Of a stretch of 64,000 bases of DNA, positions 28,950 to 37,204 are shown one piece after another. Below the pieces are notes generated by a model. It ran no database searches, had not been told where the DNA came from, and was given only the letters and a program-made list of their open reading frames with translations. Made by a program: the position numbers and the translations under genes. Source of the stretch: a virus. Each line of letters starts with the position of its first letter. Position 1 is the first letter of the stretch. The stretch lies in the IMG/VR virus record IMGVR_UViG_3300019487_000032, positions 625-64,624 of that record; one strand, written 5' to 3'.

Positions 28950-28975
28950 GATCGCGCACGCGATCGTGGTAAGCT
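28950..28975 (+). promoter_or_regulatory. Palindrome plus extended -10 element
   Basis: GATCGCGCACGCGATC-GTGG-TAAGCT. Confidence 0.6.
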
Positions 28976-28995
28976 ATTGACCAAGGAGCTGCCCT

Positions 28996-29439
28996 GTGCC
29001 CCACGTTTTCACCCTCGAAGGCAATACCCCCGCGCAGCTCGCAGGCCTGAGCGCAAACGTAGTGGCGTACCCGCCGGCCGGCTCGGCGATCTCGCCGCAC
29101 GCGGCCGTCATCGGCCCTACGCGCGTCGCCACGCAGGTGTTCGGACCCGGCGGCACGCCCGTCATGTACCGTCGGCGCTACCCGGCGCGTGGTCCGGTCT
29201 GCGACTACTGCGACCCGAGCTACTTCACCGTGATGAACGGCGGCCTGCAGGTGTTGCCGGCACAGCGGCAACAGTTCGGTGACGTCGTCGATTTCCTGCG
29301 CGAGCGTAATCCCGTCGTCGCTGGACTCATGGTCCTCGGCGGCTCGCTCGCGACCGGCGCCATCCTCGGCGGCCTCGCGATCTTCCTCATGCGCAAGGCC
29401 GGCTACCAGACGCCGAAGGCCTACGACCACGACTGGTAG
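28996..29439 (+). CDS. Membrane-anchored hypothetical protein
   Basis: AAGGAG RBS; C-terminal transmembrane segment VVAGLMVLGGSLATGAILGGLAIFLM. Confidence 0.7.
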   Translation: MPHVFTLEGNTPAQLAGLSANVVAYPPAGSAISPHAAVIGPTRVATQVFGPGGTPVMYRRRYPARGPVCDYCDPSYFTVMNGGLQVLPAQRQQFGDVVDFLRERNPVVAGLMVLGGSLATGAILGGLAIFLMRKAGYQTPKAYDHDW

Positions 29440-29442
29440 CCA

Positions 29443-29528
29443 GCGTTGATCGCTCACGCGATCGCTAGTAGCCTCGGGGGTACCTCATCGCATTTCGCGA
29501 TGCCGGCTACGGCAAAGGGGCTACGTCA
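29443..29528 (+). promoter_or_regulatory. Palindrome, -10 and structured leader, copy 1
   Basis: GATCGCTCACGCGATC-N5-TAGCCT, then CATCGC-N5-GCGATG and GCCG-GCTA-CGGC hairpins; near-identical to 31852-31934. Confidence 0.65.
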
Positions 29529-29915
29529 ATGGGAACGAAAGCAGGAGCACTTCTCTGGAACCGGCAGCACCTCACGCTGCTCGCCGGTCTGACAGAAGTC
29601 GATACAGGCATCCGCCAGGTCAATCAGGGATTCGGCAGCATGTCGCCGAACGAGCCGCCGATGGGCCTTCTCATCGCACCACCCGGACCGCCTGACGGCG
29701 CGTTGCCCGCGTCGCGCGTCATGGTCATTCCACAGGCGCCGACGACCACGTGGCTCAACATCACGCACAGCGAGCCGTACGTGAATCCGGCAACGGGAAC
29801 GATCTTCGTGACGTTCAACAACGCCGACAAGACGCCTGCCACCATCAACGTGCTGTTCTGGGATCCGCACTCGCTGGTCGGTCCCGGTGACGCTGACGCC
29901 TACAACGAGGTCTAA
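29529..29915 (+). CDS. GALLWNR-family beta-rich protein, paralog 1 (probable virion protein)
   Basis: KAGALLWNR, DTG, H.EPY, TI.V.F.N, INVLFWDPHSLVGPG.AD.YN. Confidence 0.8.
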   Translation: MGTKAGALLWNRQHLTLLAGLTEVDTGIRQVNQGFGSMSPNEPPMGLLIAPPGPPDGALPASRVMVIPQAPTTTWLNITHSEPYVNPATGTIFVTFNNADKTPATINVLFWDPHSLVGPGDADAYNEV

Positions 29916-29918
29916 GTC

Positions 29919-30299
29919 ATGAGCAAAAAAGCAGGCGCGCTTCTCTGGAACCGCATGCGCGTCGAGATCCTCGACGGCGTGATCGACATCGACACCGGGC
30001 TGACGCAGCCGAATCGCAGCTTCCCGGACTACTCGCCGAACGAGCCGTTCCTGGGCATCCCGGGCGCAGCACCGCCGGTTGCCGGTACGCCGCCCGCGTC
30101 GCGTATCCAGGTCATTCCGCTCGCACCGCTCGACGTCTGGGTGACCGTTACGCACGGCGAGCCCTACTTCAACACGACGACGAACACGATCCACGTGCAG
30201 TTCTCAAACGGCCTCACCACGTTCATCAACGTGCTGTTCTGGGACCCGCACTCGCTGATCGGTCCGGGCGACGCTGACACGTACAACGCAGCGCCGTAG
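29919..30299 (+). CDS. GALLWNR-family paralog 2
   Basis: Same conserved motifs as paralog 1. Confidence 0.8.
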   Translation: MSKKAGALLWNRMRVEILDGVIDIDTGLTQPNRSFPDYSPNEPFLGIPGAAPPVAGTPPASRIQVIPLAPLDVWVTVTHGEPYFNTTTNTIHVQFSNGLTTFINVLFWDPHSLIGPGDADTYNAAP

Positions 30300-30854
30300 T
30301 TACGACGCCGCCGCGCGAGCGGTGCTTCGGGCAATACGTGCGCGGATCGCGAGGACCCAACGCACGTACTTCGAGTCTTGGTAGTTCGCGACGGCCGCGT
30401 TACCGCCGTTGTAGCCGGCCAGAGCGCAGCGTAGGCGATCGTCGTCCGCGAGCCGCGCACAGCGCCTGTCGTCGAGCCACTTCGTGATCTCGTAGACGCC
30501 GACCGTGTACGCGTACGCGACGTCCGTGCGCATCCGCTGGCACTCGGCCCACGACACGTAGCCGCCGGTCCGCATCGGACCGCAATACCAGCTTTGCTTG
30601 GCCTTCGGCGGCATCGTGGCTCTAGGCCACACGCCTGTCTTGCGGACGCAGCTCTCCGGATCGGCAGTCTCACACTCGTTGCGGCTGAGCGCGCGTGGGT
30701 CGTAGCGCGACTCGATGTACGCGACGCTGAGCAGCAGATCAGCAGGCAGTTGTGCTGTCGCGACTGCCATTGCTGCTTCGACGTGTTCACGGGCTTGTCC
30801 CGGCGACAGCGACGTGACCAGGGCGGTGATAGCGACGATCAAGGGTTCCAGCAT
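30300..30854 (-). CDS. Lytic transglycosylase (SLT/lysozyme-like) with hydrophobic N-terminus
   Basis: LLSVAYIESRYDPRA, CGPM, ALAGYNGG. Confidence 0.75.
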   Translation of the reverse strand: MLEPLIVAITALVTSLSPGQAREHVEAAMAVATAQLPADLLLSVAYIESRYDPRALSRNECETADPESCVRKTGVWPRATMPPKAKQSWYCGPMRTGGYVSWAECQRMRTDVAYAYTVGVYEITKWLDDRRCARLADDDRLRCALAGYNGGNAAVANYQDSKYVRWVLAIRARIARSTARAAAS

Positions 30855-30926
30855 CGCCGGAACCTACTACGGGTTTCGTCAAGAGGAATCTGTGATCGCT
30901 CGCGCGATCGATGGTAGGCTGGACCC
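30855..30926. promoter_or_regulatory. Divergent leaderless-type promoters flanking a palindrome
   Basis: Minus strand: TAGGTT-N6-ATG(30854). Plus strand: GATCGCTCGCGCGATC (30894-30909)-N5-TAGGCT-N6-GTG(30927). Confidence 0.6.
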
Positions 30927-31349
30927 GTGCTGACCCTTCAACGCGCCGACGGACTCGGGGACACGATCTCGGATCTCTCGTCGTTGCTCTCGAAGGGCGG
31001 GACGATTCTGCAGAAGGCTGGCCCGTACCTCGACACGGTGCTCGAAGTCGTACAGGACCCCGCACTGCCGCAGCTGGTCTCGCGCATCAAGACGCTCAAG
31101 GCGCTCGACGCCGGCACGTCCAAGCCGAGTGTACCGAGTGCGCCAGGCGCGCCCGCAAAGGCTGGCGTCGGCCTGAGTCGCACGTTGCCGTTGTGGGACG
31201 CCGCGATTTTCTACATGAGGTATCCGTGGGCCCCGTGGGTCATCGGTGCCGGCACGATCGTCGTGCTAGGTGGCATCGGCTTCGGTATCGGCCGCGCGAC
31301 CAAAAAGTGTCGTACGGGCATGGGACGCTCGTATCGTAGGAGACGCTGA
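30927..31349 (+). CDS. Membrane protein with N-terminal GLG and C-terminal GMG/Arg tail
   Basis: DGLGDT; transmembrane WVIGAGTIVVLGGIGFGIG; ends GMGRSYRRRR. Confidence 0.75.
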   Translation: MLTLQRADGLGDTISDLSSLLSKGGTILQKAGPYLDTVLEVVQDPALPQLVSRIKTLKALDAGTSKPSVPSAPGAPAKAGVGLSRTLPLWDAAIFYMRYPWAPWVIGAGTIVVLGGIGFGIGRATKKCRTGMGRSYRRRR

Positions 31350-31351
31350 AC

Positions 31352-31858
31352 ATGCCGCAGACCCGCTCTGACAAGATCAACATCGACGCGCTCGCGAAGC
31401 TCTTTGGGTTGCCCGATTGGGAACGCATCGACGAGATGAATCAGGAGTACTACTGGGAACACGCGCGCAACGTCGAGTCGGACCCCTACGAAGGCGGTAC
31501 CGCCGAAGATGACGCACGTGATGAAGTCTTCGCGAAGTGGTACGACGCCGTCGAAAGCGTTGCTGACAAGCTGTTCGGCGAGCACGGGCTCGAACTCGTG
31601 CCGGTGCGTAAGAAAGATCGGCGCTCGTACGAGCTACGCATCATCCCGACGTACTCGTGGAAAGACGCCGCCGACAAGATCCGCGAGACGGTGAACGGCG
31701 TCGGCGACTTTCACTTCAACAACCTGCGCGAGTTCCTCGACTCGGGCCCGTACACGGCGCGCCAGGCGGTGCTTTCGCACCTCGGCTGGATCAAGCACTA
31801 TCCGGCCGTCTACGGCGGACGCGGCGCGCACCAGATGTACGAAGCAGCCTGGCGTTGA
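31352..31858 (+). CDS. Hypothetical protein
   Basis: AGGAG RBS; 168 aa. Confidence 0.75.
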   Translation: MPQTRSDKINIDALAKLFGLPDWERIDEMNQEYYWEHARNVESDPYEGGTAEDDARDEVFAKWYDAVESVADKLFGEHGLELVPVRKKDRRSYELRIIPTYSWKDAADKIRETVNGVGDFHFNNLREFLDSGPYTARQAVLSHLGWIKHYPAVYGGRGAHQMYEAAWR

Positions 31859-31934
31859 TCGCTCACGCGATCGGCAGTAGCCTCTAGGAACCTGATCGCA
31901 CGTTGCGATCCCGGATACGGCAAGGGGCTACATT
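31852..31934 (+). promoter_or_regulatory. Palindrome, -10 and structured leader, copy 2
   Basis: GATCGCTCACGCGATC-N5-TAGCCT, then GATCGC-N5-GCGATC and CCG-GATA-CGG hairpins. Confidence 0.65.
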
Positions 31935-32300
31935 ATGGGACTCAAAGCAGGCGCACTTCTCTGGAACCGGATGCGGGTGAACATCCCCGGTGCGGCGAAC
32001 GGTGGCGGACCTGGCATCCTTGATGTCGATACCGGCATCACGCAGGTGACCAAGTCGTTCGCAGACATGTCCAAGGACGAGCCCGATTTCGGCGATCCGT
32101 CGCGTATCCAGGTGATGCCGATGATGCCCATTTCAGCTTGGGACGTCATCACGCACGGCGAGCCCTACTTCGATCCCGCGACGGGGACGATCCACGTCGA
32201 GTTCCTCAACGCGTCGTTCGGCACGTCGATCATCAACGTGCTGTTCTGGAACCCGCACTCGCTTGTGGGTCCGGGCGAAGCGGACCCGTACAACGACTGA
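31935..32300 (+). CDS. GALLWNR-family paralog 3
   Basis: MGLKAGALLWNR...HGEPYF...INVLFWNPHSLVGPGEADPYN. Confidence 0.8.
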   Translation: MGLKAGALLWNRMRVNIPGAANGGGPGILDVDTGITQVTKSFADMSKDEPDFGDPSRIQVMPMMPISAWDVITHGEPYFDPATGTIHVEFLNASFGTSIINVLFWNPHSLVGPGEADPYND

Positions 32301-33006
32301 CGAGCAGTTGCTCGACGTCGATGCTGGACCAACCGACATCGACGTCCGGTGTCCACAATTTGGGATGGAACCGCTTCGGCAACATCCCCGCCGTGTGATT
32401 GCTAGCGTGCCGTACGACGACGTAGTCGCGCTCGCCTGGGATGTCGATGATTCGATCGACAGGCTCCTGCATCCAGCGCCAGCATGCGTTCGGATCGACG
32501 TTCTCGTCCCACGGCAAGCGTTCCCAGAGCTGCCGGCGAAACGCGAGAGTTGCATCGGTGAAGACGCGAACCGGCAAGCGGTGCAGCGTCGCTTTGTTCA
32601 GGCGTGCGAGGCGCCGCGTCTCGACGTCGTACGTCAGATACGGACAGAAGATCACGCCGTCAGCGTATCGGTTCGTCTGTAGCGCCGCGACCTGGCGCGC
32701 AATGCGTGTCGGGCCGTTGTAGTCGTCGTCGTCCCACACGAAGTAGATCGCGTCCGGATCGCGAGCGATTGCGGCGCGCATCATCGCGTTGCGCTTCACC
32801 GGCAGCTTGATCGGCGGCACGTTCGCGACGACGACGTCTTCACCTGCGAACGCTTCACACAGCGCGAACGACGTCGTGCTGTCATCGTAGATCAACAGCG
32901 TCTTGGGGCCGTCGTAGCACTGCTCGAAGAACAAGTGCGCGGCGTGGTGTGCCTGCTCGTGACGGTTTCGCGTCGCGAGTAGTCCAATCGCGCGCGGCGG
33001 CGTCAT
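32233..33006 (-). CDS. Glycosyltransferase family 2 (GT-A fold)
   Basis: LLATRNR, LLIYDDS, KRNAMM, FVWDDDD, RIARQV. Confidence 0.8.
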   Translation of the reverse strand: MTPPRAIGLLATRNRHEQAHHAAHLFFEQCYDGPKTLLIYDDSTTSFALCEAFAGEDVVVANVPPIKLPVKRNAMMRAAIARDPDAIYFVWDDDDYNGPTRIARQVAALQTNRYADGVIFCPYLTYDVETRRLARLNKATLHRLPVRVFTDATLAFRRQLWERLPWDENVDPNACWRWMQEPVDRIIDIPGERDYVVVRHASNHTAGMLPKRFHPKLWTPDVDVGWSSIDVEQLLVSRCTGPLRPDPQASAGSRTAR

Positions 33007-33362
33007 GCCGCGACGGAGTGACGGAATTCGAGCGCGACGATCGCGACCGCGTTCGGTTCGGCCATGATCTTCACCGCGGCGCTCGTCGTCGGGCCGTGCA
33101 CGATGCCGTCAACAGCAACGCGCGGGAACGAGCGCGGCGTCACGAACGAGCGCATCTGCGGGTTGCAGAGCAGGTACCGGCACGCCGTAGCGTCGTCGTT
33201 AAGACGCACTCCGCGACCGATGTAGTCGCGAAGCGGGCCGCGGACACTGTCCCGAACCAAGTCTTCTTGGCTCAGGATGATCTCGCCGCCTTCTGCATCG
33301 GCGACGACGCTGTACTTGAGCAAGTTCGGCGTCGCGCCTTCACGTTTGACTTGGAGCGCCAT
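33003..33362 (-). CDS. Hypothetical protein (paralog of 33378-33839)
   Basis: ATPNLLKY..D..G..DLVRD..GPLR. Confidence 0.7.
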   Translation of the reverse strand: MALQVKREGATPNLLKYSVVADAEGGEIILSQEDLVRDSVRGPLRDYIGRGVRLNDDATACRYLLCNPQMRSFVTPRSFPRVAVDGIVHGPTTSAAVKIMAEPNAVAIVALEFRHSVAA

Positions 33363-33377
33363 CGCGCTCCGAGCCTA

Positions 33378-33839
33378 TCAGACTCCTGCCGGGCCCGGAA
33401 TCGCGACGTCGAGGTAGACCTGCGCGGCGGCGGCCGGAGCCGTGATCGCGATGACCATGTTCGAGCCCGACACGTTGGCGTCGACCGCGAAGCCTGCGGT
33501 CGTGTCGCCACCGCGCGCGGTGAGCGCGCAGCGAGCGGTCGGGGCCGCTGCCGAGTTCGCCGGGGTCGAGCCCGACGGCGACGCACCCGAGTAGTCCGAG
33601 AGCAGGACCGCACGGGCCTTCGCTTGGGTCATCGGCGTCGCGATCGCGCCGTAACCGTCAGTGTTCGCCTTCGCGAGCTTGCGAATCGGCCCCTGGCGAC
33701 CGGCGGTGTCGGTCACGAGGTCGGGCGACGCAGCACCCGTGGCAGTGATGTTGAGGGTGGTGCCTGCGGCACCGTCCTGCGCGAGCAGGTACGTGAGGCG
33801 GTTGCCGGTGGCGCGAACGAGGGTAGCGGTGACAGCCAT
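33378..33839 (-). CDS. Ala-rich hypothetical, probable structural protein
   Basis: AAGGAG RBS; ATGNRLTY..D..G..DLVTD..GPIR. Confidence 0.75.
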   Translation of the reverse strand: MAVTATLVRATGNRLTYLLAQDGAAGTTLNITATGAASPDLVTDTAGRQGPIRKLAKANTDGYGAIATPMTQAKARAVLLSDYSGASPSGSTPANSAAAPTARCALTARGGDTTAGFAVDANVSGSNMVIAITAPAAAAQVYLDVAIPGPAGV

Positions 33840-33894
33840 GGTGATTCTCCTTGCCGTGGGCCGGACTCGGGGGATCCGAGTGAGGTGTCCCAGA

Positions 33895-33952
33895 ACCGTA
33901 CCGGCGATCGCTCACGCGATCAAGCAACGGAATCGGTGTTACTATCGCCGAC
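33895..33952. promoter_or_regulatory. Palindrome between divergent promoters
   Basis: GATCGCTCACGCGATC (33906-33921). Minus strand: N5-TACGGT. Plus strand: TACTAT (33940-33945)-N7-ATG. Confidence 0.6.
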
Positions 33953-34342
33953 ATGGCGAGCCAGCACGAGTACGAGACGCGCGAGCGTCGCGAGGCGGAA
34001 CGGCACCTCGACGAGATCCGGAAAGCCCCGCTCGCCGATCGTAAAGACGCGCAGCTCGACTTCTTCAAGGCGATGCGCGATTCCCCGCGACTCGTCGGCG
34101 AGCGCGTTGGCTGGCTACTCGACGGCAACTACGGCTACGGCTCGATGCTGCTCGCGAAGCAGATCTTGCACAGCCCGCGCATGAACCGCGTCGCTGCGCT
34201 CACGCAGATGGTCGGTGCGTTCGAGTGGCAGTGTCCCGAGGACATGACGCGTCAAGCGTGGAAGCGGCTGACGCCCGGCGAGAAGCACGAGCTTGCACGC
34301 GCCGTCGAGCACGAGATCGAAAGCGCCGAAGACGCTGACTAA
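33953..34342 (+). CDS. Hypothetical helical protein
   Basis: 129 aa with a leaderless-type start. Confidence 0.7.
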   Translation: MASQHEYETRERREAERHLDEIRKAPLADRKDAQLDFFKAMRDSPRLVGERVGWLLDGNYGYGSMLLAKQILHSPRMNRVAALTQMVGAFEWQCPEDMTRQAWKRLTPGEKHELARAVEHEIESAEDAD

Positions 34343-34908
34343 CCGTTGTTCTTGCCGAACGAGTGCGGCACGAACATGTCTTCGAGCCGCCGCGGGTAGA
34401 CGAGCTGTGGGCCACCGTTCGAGAGCTTCTCGACGGCAGCGGCACACGTCTGACGCAACGCACGGCACACTGGCACGCTCGGGAAGTCGAGCAGGAACCG
34501 ACGCTGCAGGTACGGCCCGCCCGTGAATCCCTTCTCGATGCCGACGACGACGCGCGCGAGCCCGAGCGTCGCCTTCACCATCCATTCGCCCAGCTCGAAT
34601 CGCATCTGTGCGGCGTAGGTGCGATTGCAACGATGGTTGGTTTCGCGCGCACACCAGAACAGAATCACACCATCGCGTGCTGCGCGATCGATACACGCAC
34701 GCTCCCAGATGAGCTGCTTGTCCATGCCGCCCTTGAAGTTCGCGCCGCGCTGACTCGCGACGTGAACGTCCGGTGCGAGATCACCAAGCATGACGATCGC
34801 TTCGGTCTGCCAATCGTCGGCGCCCTGAATCGGGCCCGCAAGATAGATCAGAGGCCCGTCGAGCTGTCGAAGTGCGTCGAGCTGCGGCGCGATGATCACG
34901 TGACGCAT
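34339..34908 (-). CDS. Nucleoside 2-deoxyribosyltransferase-like protein
   Basis: IYLAGPIQGADDWQ, QLIWE, ILFWC, RFELGEW; TGGTATGAT-N6-ATG start. Confidence 0.75.
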   Translation of the reverse strand: MRHVIIAPQLDALRQLDGPLIYLAGPIQGADDWQTEAIVMLGDLAPDVHVASQRGANFKGGMDKQLIWERACIDRAARDGVILFWCARETNHRCNRTYAAQMRFELGEWMVKATLGLARVVVGIEKGFTGGPYLQRRFLLDFPSVPVCRALRQTCAAAVEKLSNGGPQLVYPRRLEDMFVPHSFGKNNG

Positions 34909-34924
34909 CTCCGCATCATACCAT

Positions 34925-35803
34925 CTACTTGAGAATTGCCTCGAAAGCCTCGACGACACGCGTCGCCGAGATCTTCTGTGCTTTATGTCGCTGCGAGTTG
35001 ATGCGACCCATGCGTGGTACGACGACAGGGTTGACGTTGATCTCCCAGATCTGCGGCTTGCCTTTGTACATGCCGTAGTCGATGCGGCCGTACTCGATGT
35101 TCGCCGTCTCGAACGCAGTGACGACCTCGGGCAAGATCGGCGTCTGACGCCTGAGCCCGACGAACGCAGCATCCTCGGCGGCAAATGCGGTCTCGAAAAG
35201 ATCCGACGTCTTCGTCACCCAGTTCTTGCTGAAGATGACATGGCGCGCGATGTACCGATCGCCAACACGCTGCACACTGTACTTGCGAAAGACGCCGTCG
35301 TGCACGCCACCCTTCTCGACGGTGTCGACGTATTCGGTGACCATCGAGTCTGGACCCGAGAGCTGTGGATGTTGTGCAAACAGGCGCTCTGCATCAGCCG
35401 GATGCCGCAACAGGATCGACGAACCTTCGTGCTCGTGACGTGGACGCACGAACACGGGGAAACGCCACGCCTTGAGCTGCGTCGGATCCGCGTCGTGCAC
35501 GTCGTACGTATTGATGCCGAGCGCCCGTAGCTTCTTGAGCAGCTCGAAACGCCCGAGCACACGCGACGGCAGATTGAACACGCGCTGCTCTTCGTTGCGG
35601 AGCTTGGCTTCGACCGCGAGCATCTGCGAGCGACTCTTGGGATCGGTTGCCTCGTCGTGACCGACAAAGATCCACGTCTTCGCGTTGACACTCTCGCCGT
35701 TGGCAATGCGCGCGACGTCGATGAACCGAATCTTCGGCACCATCTTCGGCGCGTACTCGAACAAGAACTCCGCGATCGTGAAGCGGTTCGTCCGCGGCGC
35801 CAT
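34925..35803 (-). CDS. ATP-grasp domain protein
   Basis: FPVFVRP, MVTEYVDT, FRKYSV, YGRIDY, IWEINVNP. Confidence 0.7.
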   Translation of the reverse strand: MAPRTNRFTIAEFLFEYAPKMVPKIRFIDVARIANGESVNAKTWIFVGHDEATDPKSRSQMLAVEAKLRNEEQRVFNLPSRVLGRFELLKKLRALGINTYDVHDADPTQLKAWRFPVFVRPRHEHEGSSILLRHPADAERLFAQHPQLSGPDSMVTEYVDTVEKGGVHDGVFRKYSVQRVGDRYIARHVIFSKNWVTKTSDLFETAFAAEDAAFVGLRRQTPILPEVVTAFETANIEYGRIDYGMYKGKPQIWEINVNPVVVPRMGRINSQRHKAQKISATRVVEAFEAILK

Positions 35804-35814
35804 GAGAAAACAAA

Positions 35815-36171
35815 TCATGTGGGCTCCAGGGATAGATGGGTGTGCAGGGCGAACCAGCGGTTGTCGATCCGGGTCAACAAAATCGTCGCGCGACCATAGC
35901 GCGGCGAGTCGTCAGATGCGCGTCGTGACGACCACTGCGCGATGATTGCGCAAAGTGATCCCGCCTCGATGACCTTCGGCGCCTGGAACGTGAAACCGTA
36001 CGTCGTCGCCCAGACCCGCCGCCACTGCGCCGCTTCGAGCTGCTCGATCCCATTCGCGACTGGCAGGCGCGTGCCGAACGCCCGAACGTCAGGGCAGAAC
36101 AGGCTGCGTGCGGTCGTGTAGTCGCGATTGCGGACTGCCGCTGCGAACGCTTCCAACCATTCCAGGGGCAT
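35815..36171 (-). CDS. SnoaL/NTF2-like domain protein
   Basis: WLEAFAAAVRNRD..LF.PDV..FGT ... RATILL..W..HTHLS; TGGTATGGT-N6-ATG start. Confidence 0.7.
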   Translation of the reverse strand: MPLEWLEAFAAAVRNRDYTTARSLFCPDVRAFGTRLPVANGIEQLEAAQWRRVWATTYGFTFQAPKVIEAGSLCAIIAQWSSRRASDDSPRYGRATILLTRIDNRWFALHTHLSLEPT

Positions 36172-36217
36172 CTCGGGACCATACCAAAGGGCCCCCAGTT
36201 CACGGTACGCTGAACCC

Positions 36218-36808
36218 ATGCTCGCAGCCGCCTACCTCGGTGACGTCGAACCGTACCAGCAGATCGAGAAGTACAGCTGTGGCGCGGCCACGCTCAAGGC
36301 CGTGCTCGGTCACTGGAACGAGCGTGTTCCCGAGCGGAAACTGATCAAGGAGATCGGCATCGATCCCGAGAACGGTTCGACGGCGCTCCAGGTTGCCGCT
36401 GCGGCACGCGCTCGCGGCTACAACGCCAACGTGAAGCTGTTCGGCTCGATCGCCGAGCTGGGTCGCGTCACGTCGCAAGACACGCCAGTCATCCTCGCGA
36501 TCCAGAGCTTCACGCGGCCGAACCAGGGCCACTTCGTCGTCGCGACCGAGGTCAAGCCGACCGTCGTCGAGATCATGGATCCAAACGTCAAGGGCAACCG
36601 CCGCACGCTCACGCACCGCGAGCTGGACAAGCGCTGGAAGTTCCGCGATCGCGTCGGCGTGATCATCACGCCCAAGAACAAGGCGGCGCAGTTCGGCGGC
36701 ACGGCGTGGACCTCGCGCTCGACGTCGTTCGCCCTCGCGGGCGCGACTCTGGCTATCGCTGGCGCGGTGATCGGCGTCGTGATCTGGCGCCGCAAGCGCG
36801 CAGCCTAG
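36218..36808 (+). CDS. C39-like (papain-fold) cysteine peptidase with C-terminal transmembrane anchor
   Basis: QQIEKYSCGAATL, GHFVV, IMDP; transmembrane FALAGATLAIAGAVIGVVIW then RRKR; TACGCT-N6-ATG start. Confidence 0.85.
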   Translation: MLAAAYLGDVEPYQQIEKYSCGAATLKAVLGHWNERVPERKLIKEIGIDPENGSTALQVAAAARARGYNANVKLFGSIAELGRVTSQDTPVILAIQSFTRPNQGHFVVATEVKPTVVEIMDPNVKGNRRTLTHRELDKRWKFRDRVGVIITPKNKAAQFGGTAWTSRSTSFALAGATLAIAGAVIGVVIWRRKRAA

Positions 36809-36944
36809 ATCCAGAACGATGCATCGCACGACGCGATCACCCACTTCTTGGCGCCGGCCCGCGCAGGCAACCACACGAACCAGCGCACGCCGTCACGGCG
36901 CACGCACGCTCGTGCGAGCGCGTGCACAGTAGGCGGCGGGGCCA

Positions 36945-37202
36945 CTAGGCGCTGCCTCGCGCTTCCATCGCCGTGATCATTGCCTCGATCGGACACGGCC
37001 GGGGCCGCGTGCCGTTGAGCCACAGCACCCAGTTATCGATGCGGCCGTTGATCAGGTTGCGCGCCTCGATGACCGACTCGACCTCGCACATCGCGATGTC
37101 AGACAGGATCTCGTCCATCTTTGAGCCCTGGATCATCTGGAAGTAGTCGGGCAACCACTCGCAGACCTTTTTGAGCGTGGAAACAGCACGCTTGCGGGGC
37201 AT
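36945..37202 (-). CDS. Hypothetical protein
   Basis: Operon packing. Confidence 0.6.
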   Translation of the reverse strand: MPRKRAVSTLKKVCEWLPDYFQMIQGSKMDEILSDIAMCEVESVIEARNLINGRIDNWVLWLNGTRPRPCPIEAMITAMEARGSA

Positions 37203-37204
37203 GG

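Noticed and set aside
28950-33921. Repeated palindromes read as a CRISPR array, with the Cas4-like gene as a cas gene
   Set aside because: Spacing is irregular (0.5-2 kb) with whole genes in between, and there is no cas1/cas2. The nuclease sits in a Sak4-SSB recombination module.
36805-36945. Possible 46-aa minus-strand ORF after the C39 gene
   Set aside because: Weak start and no motif; it may be real but I cannot support it.
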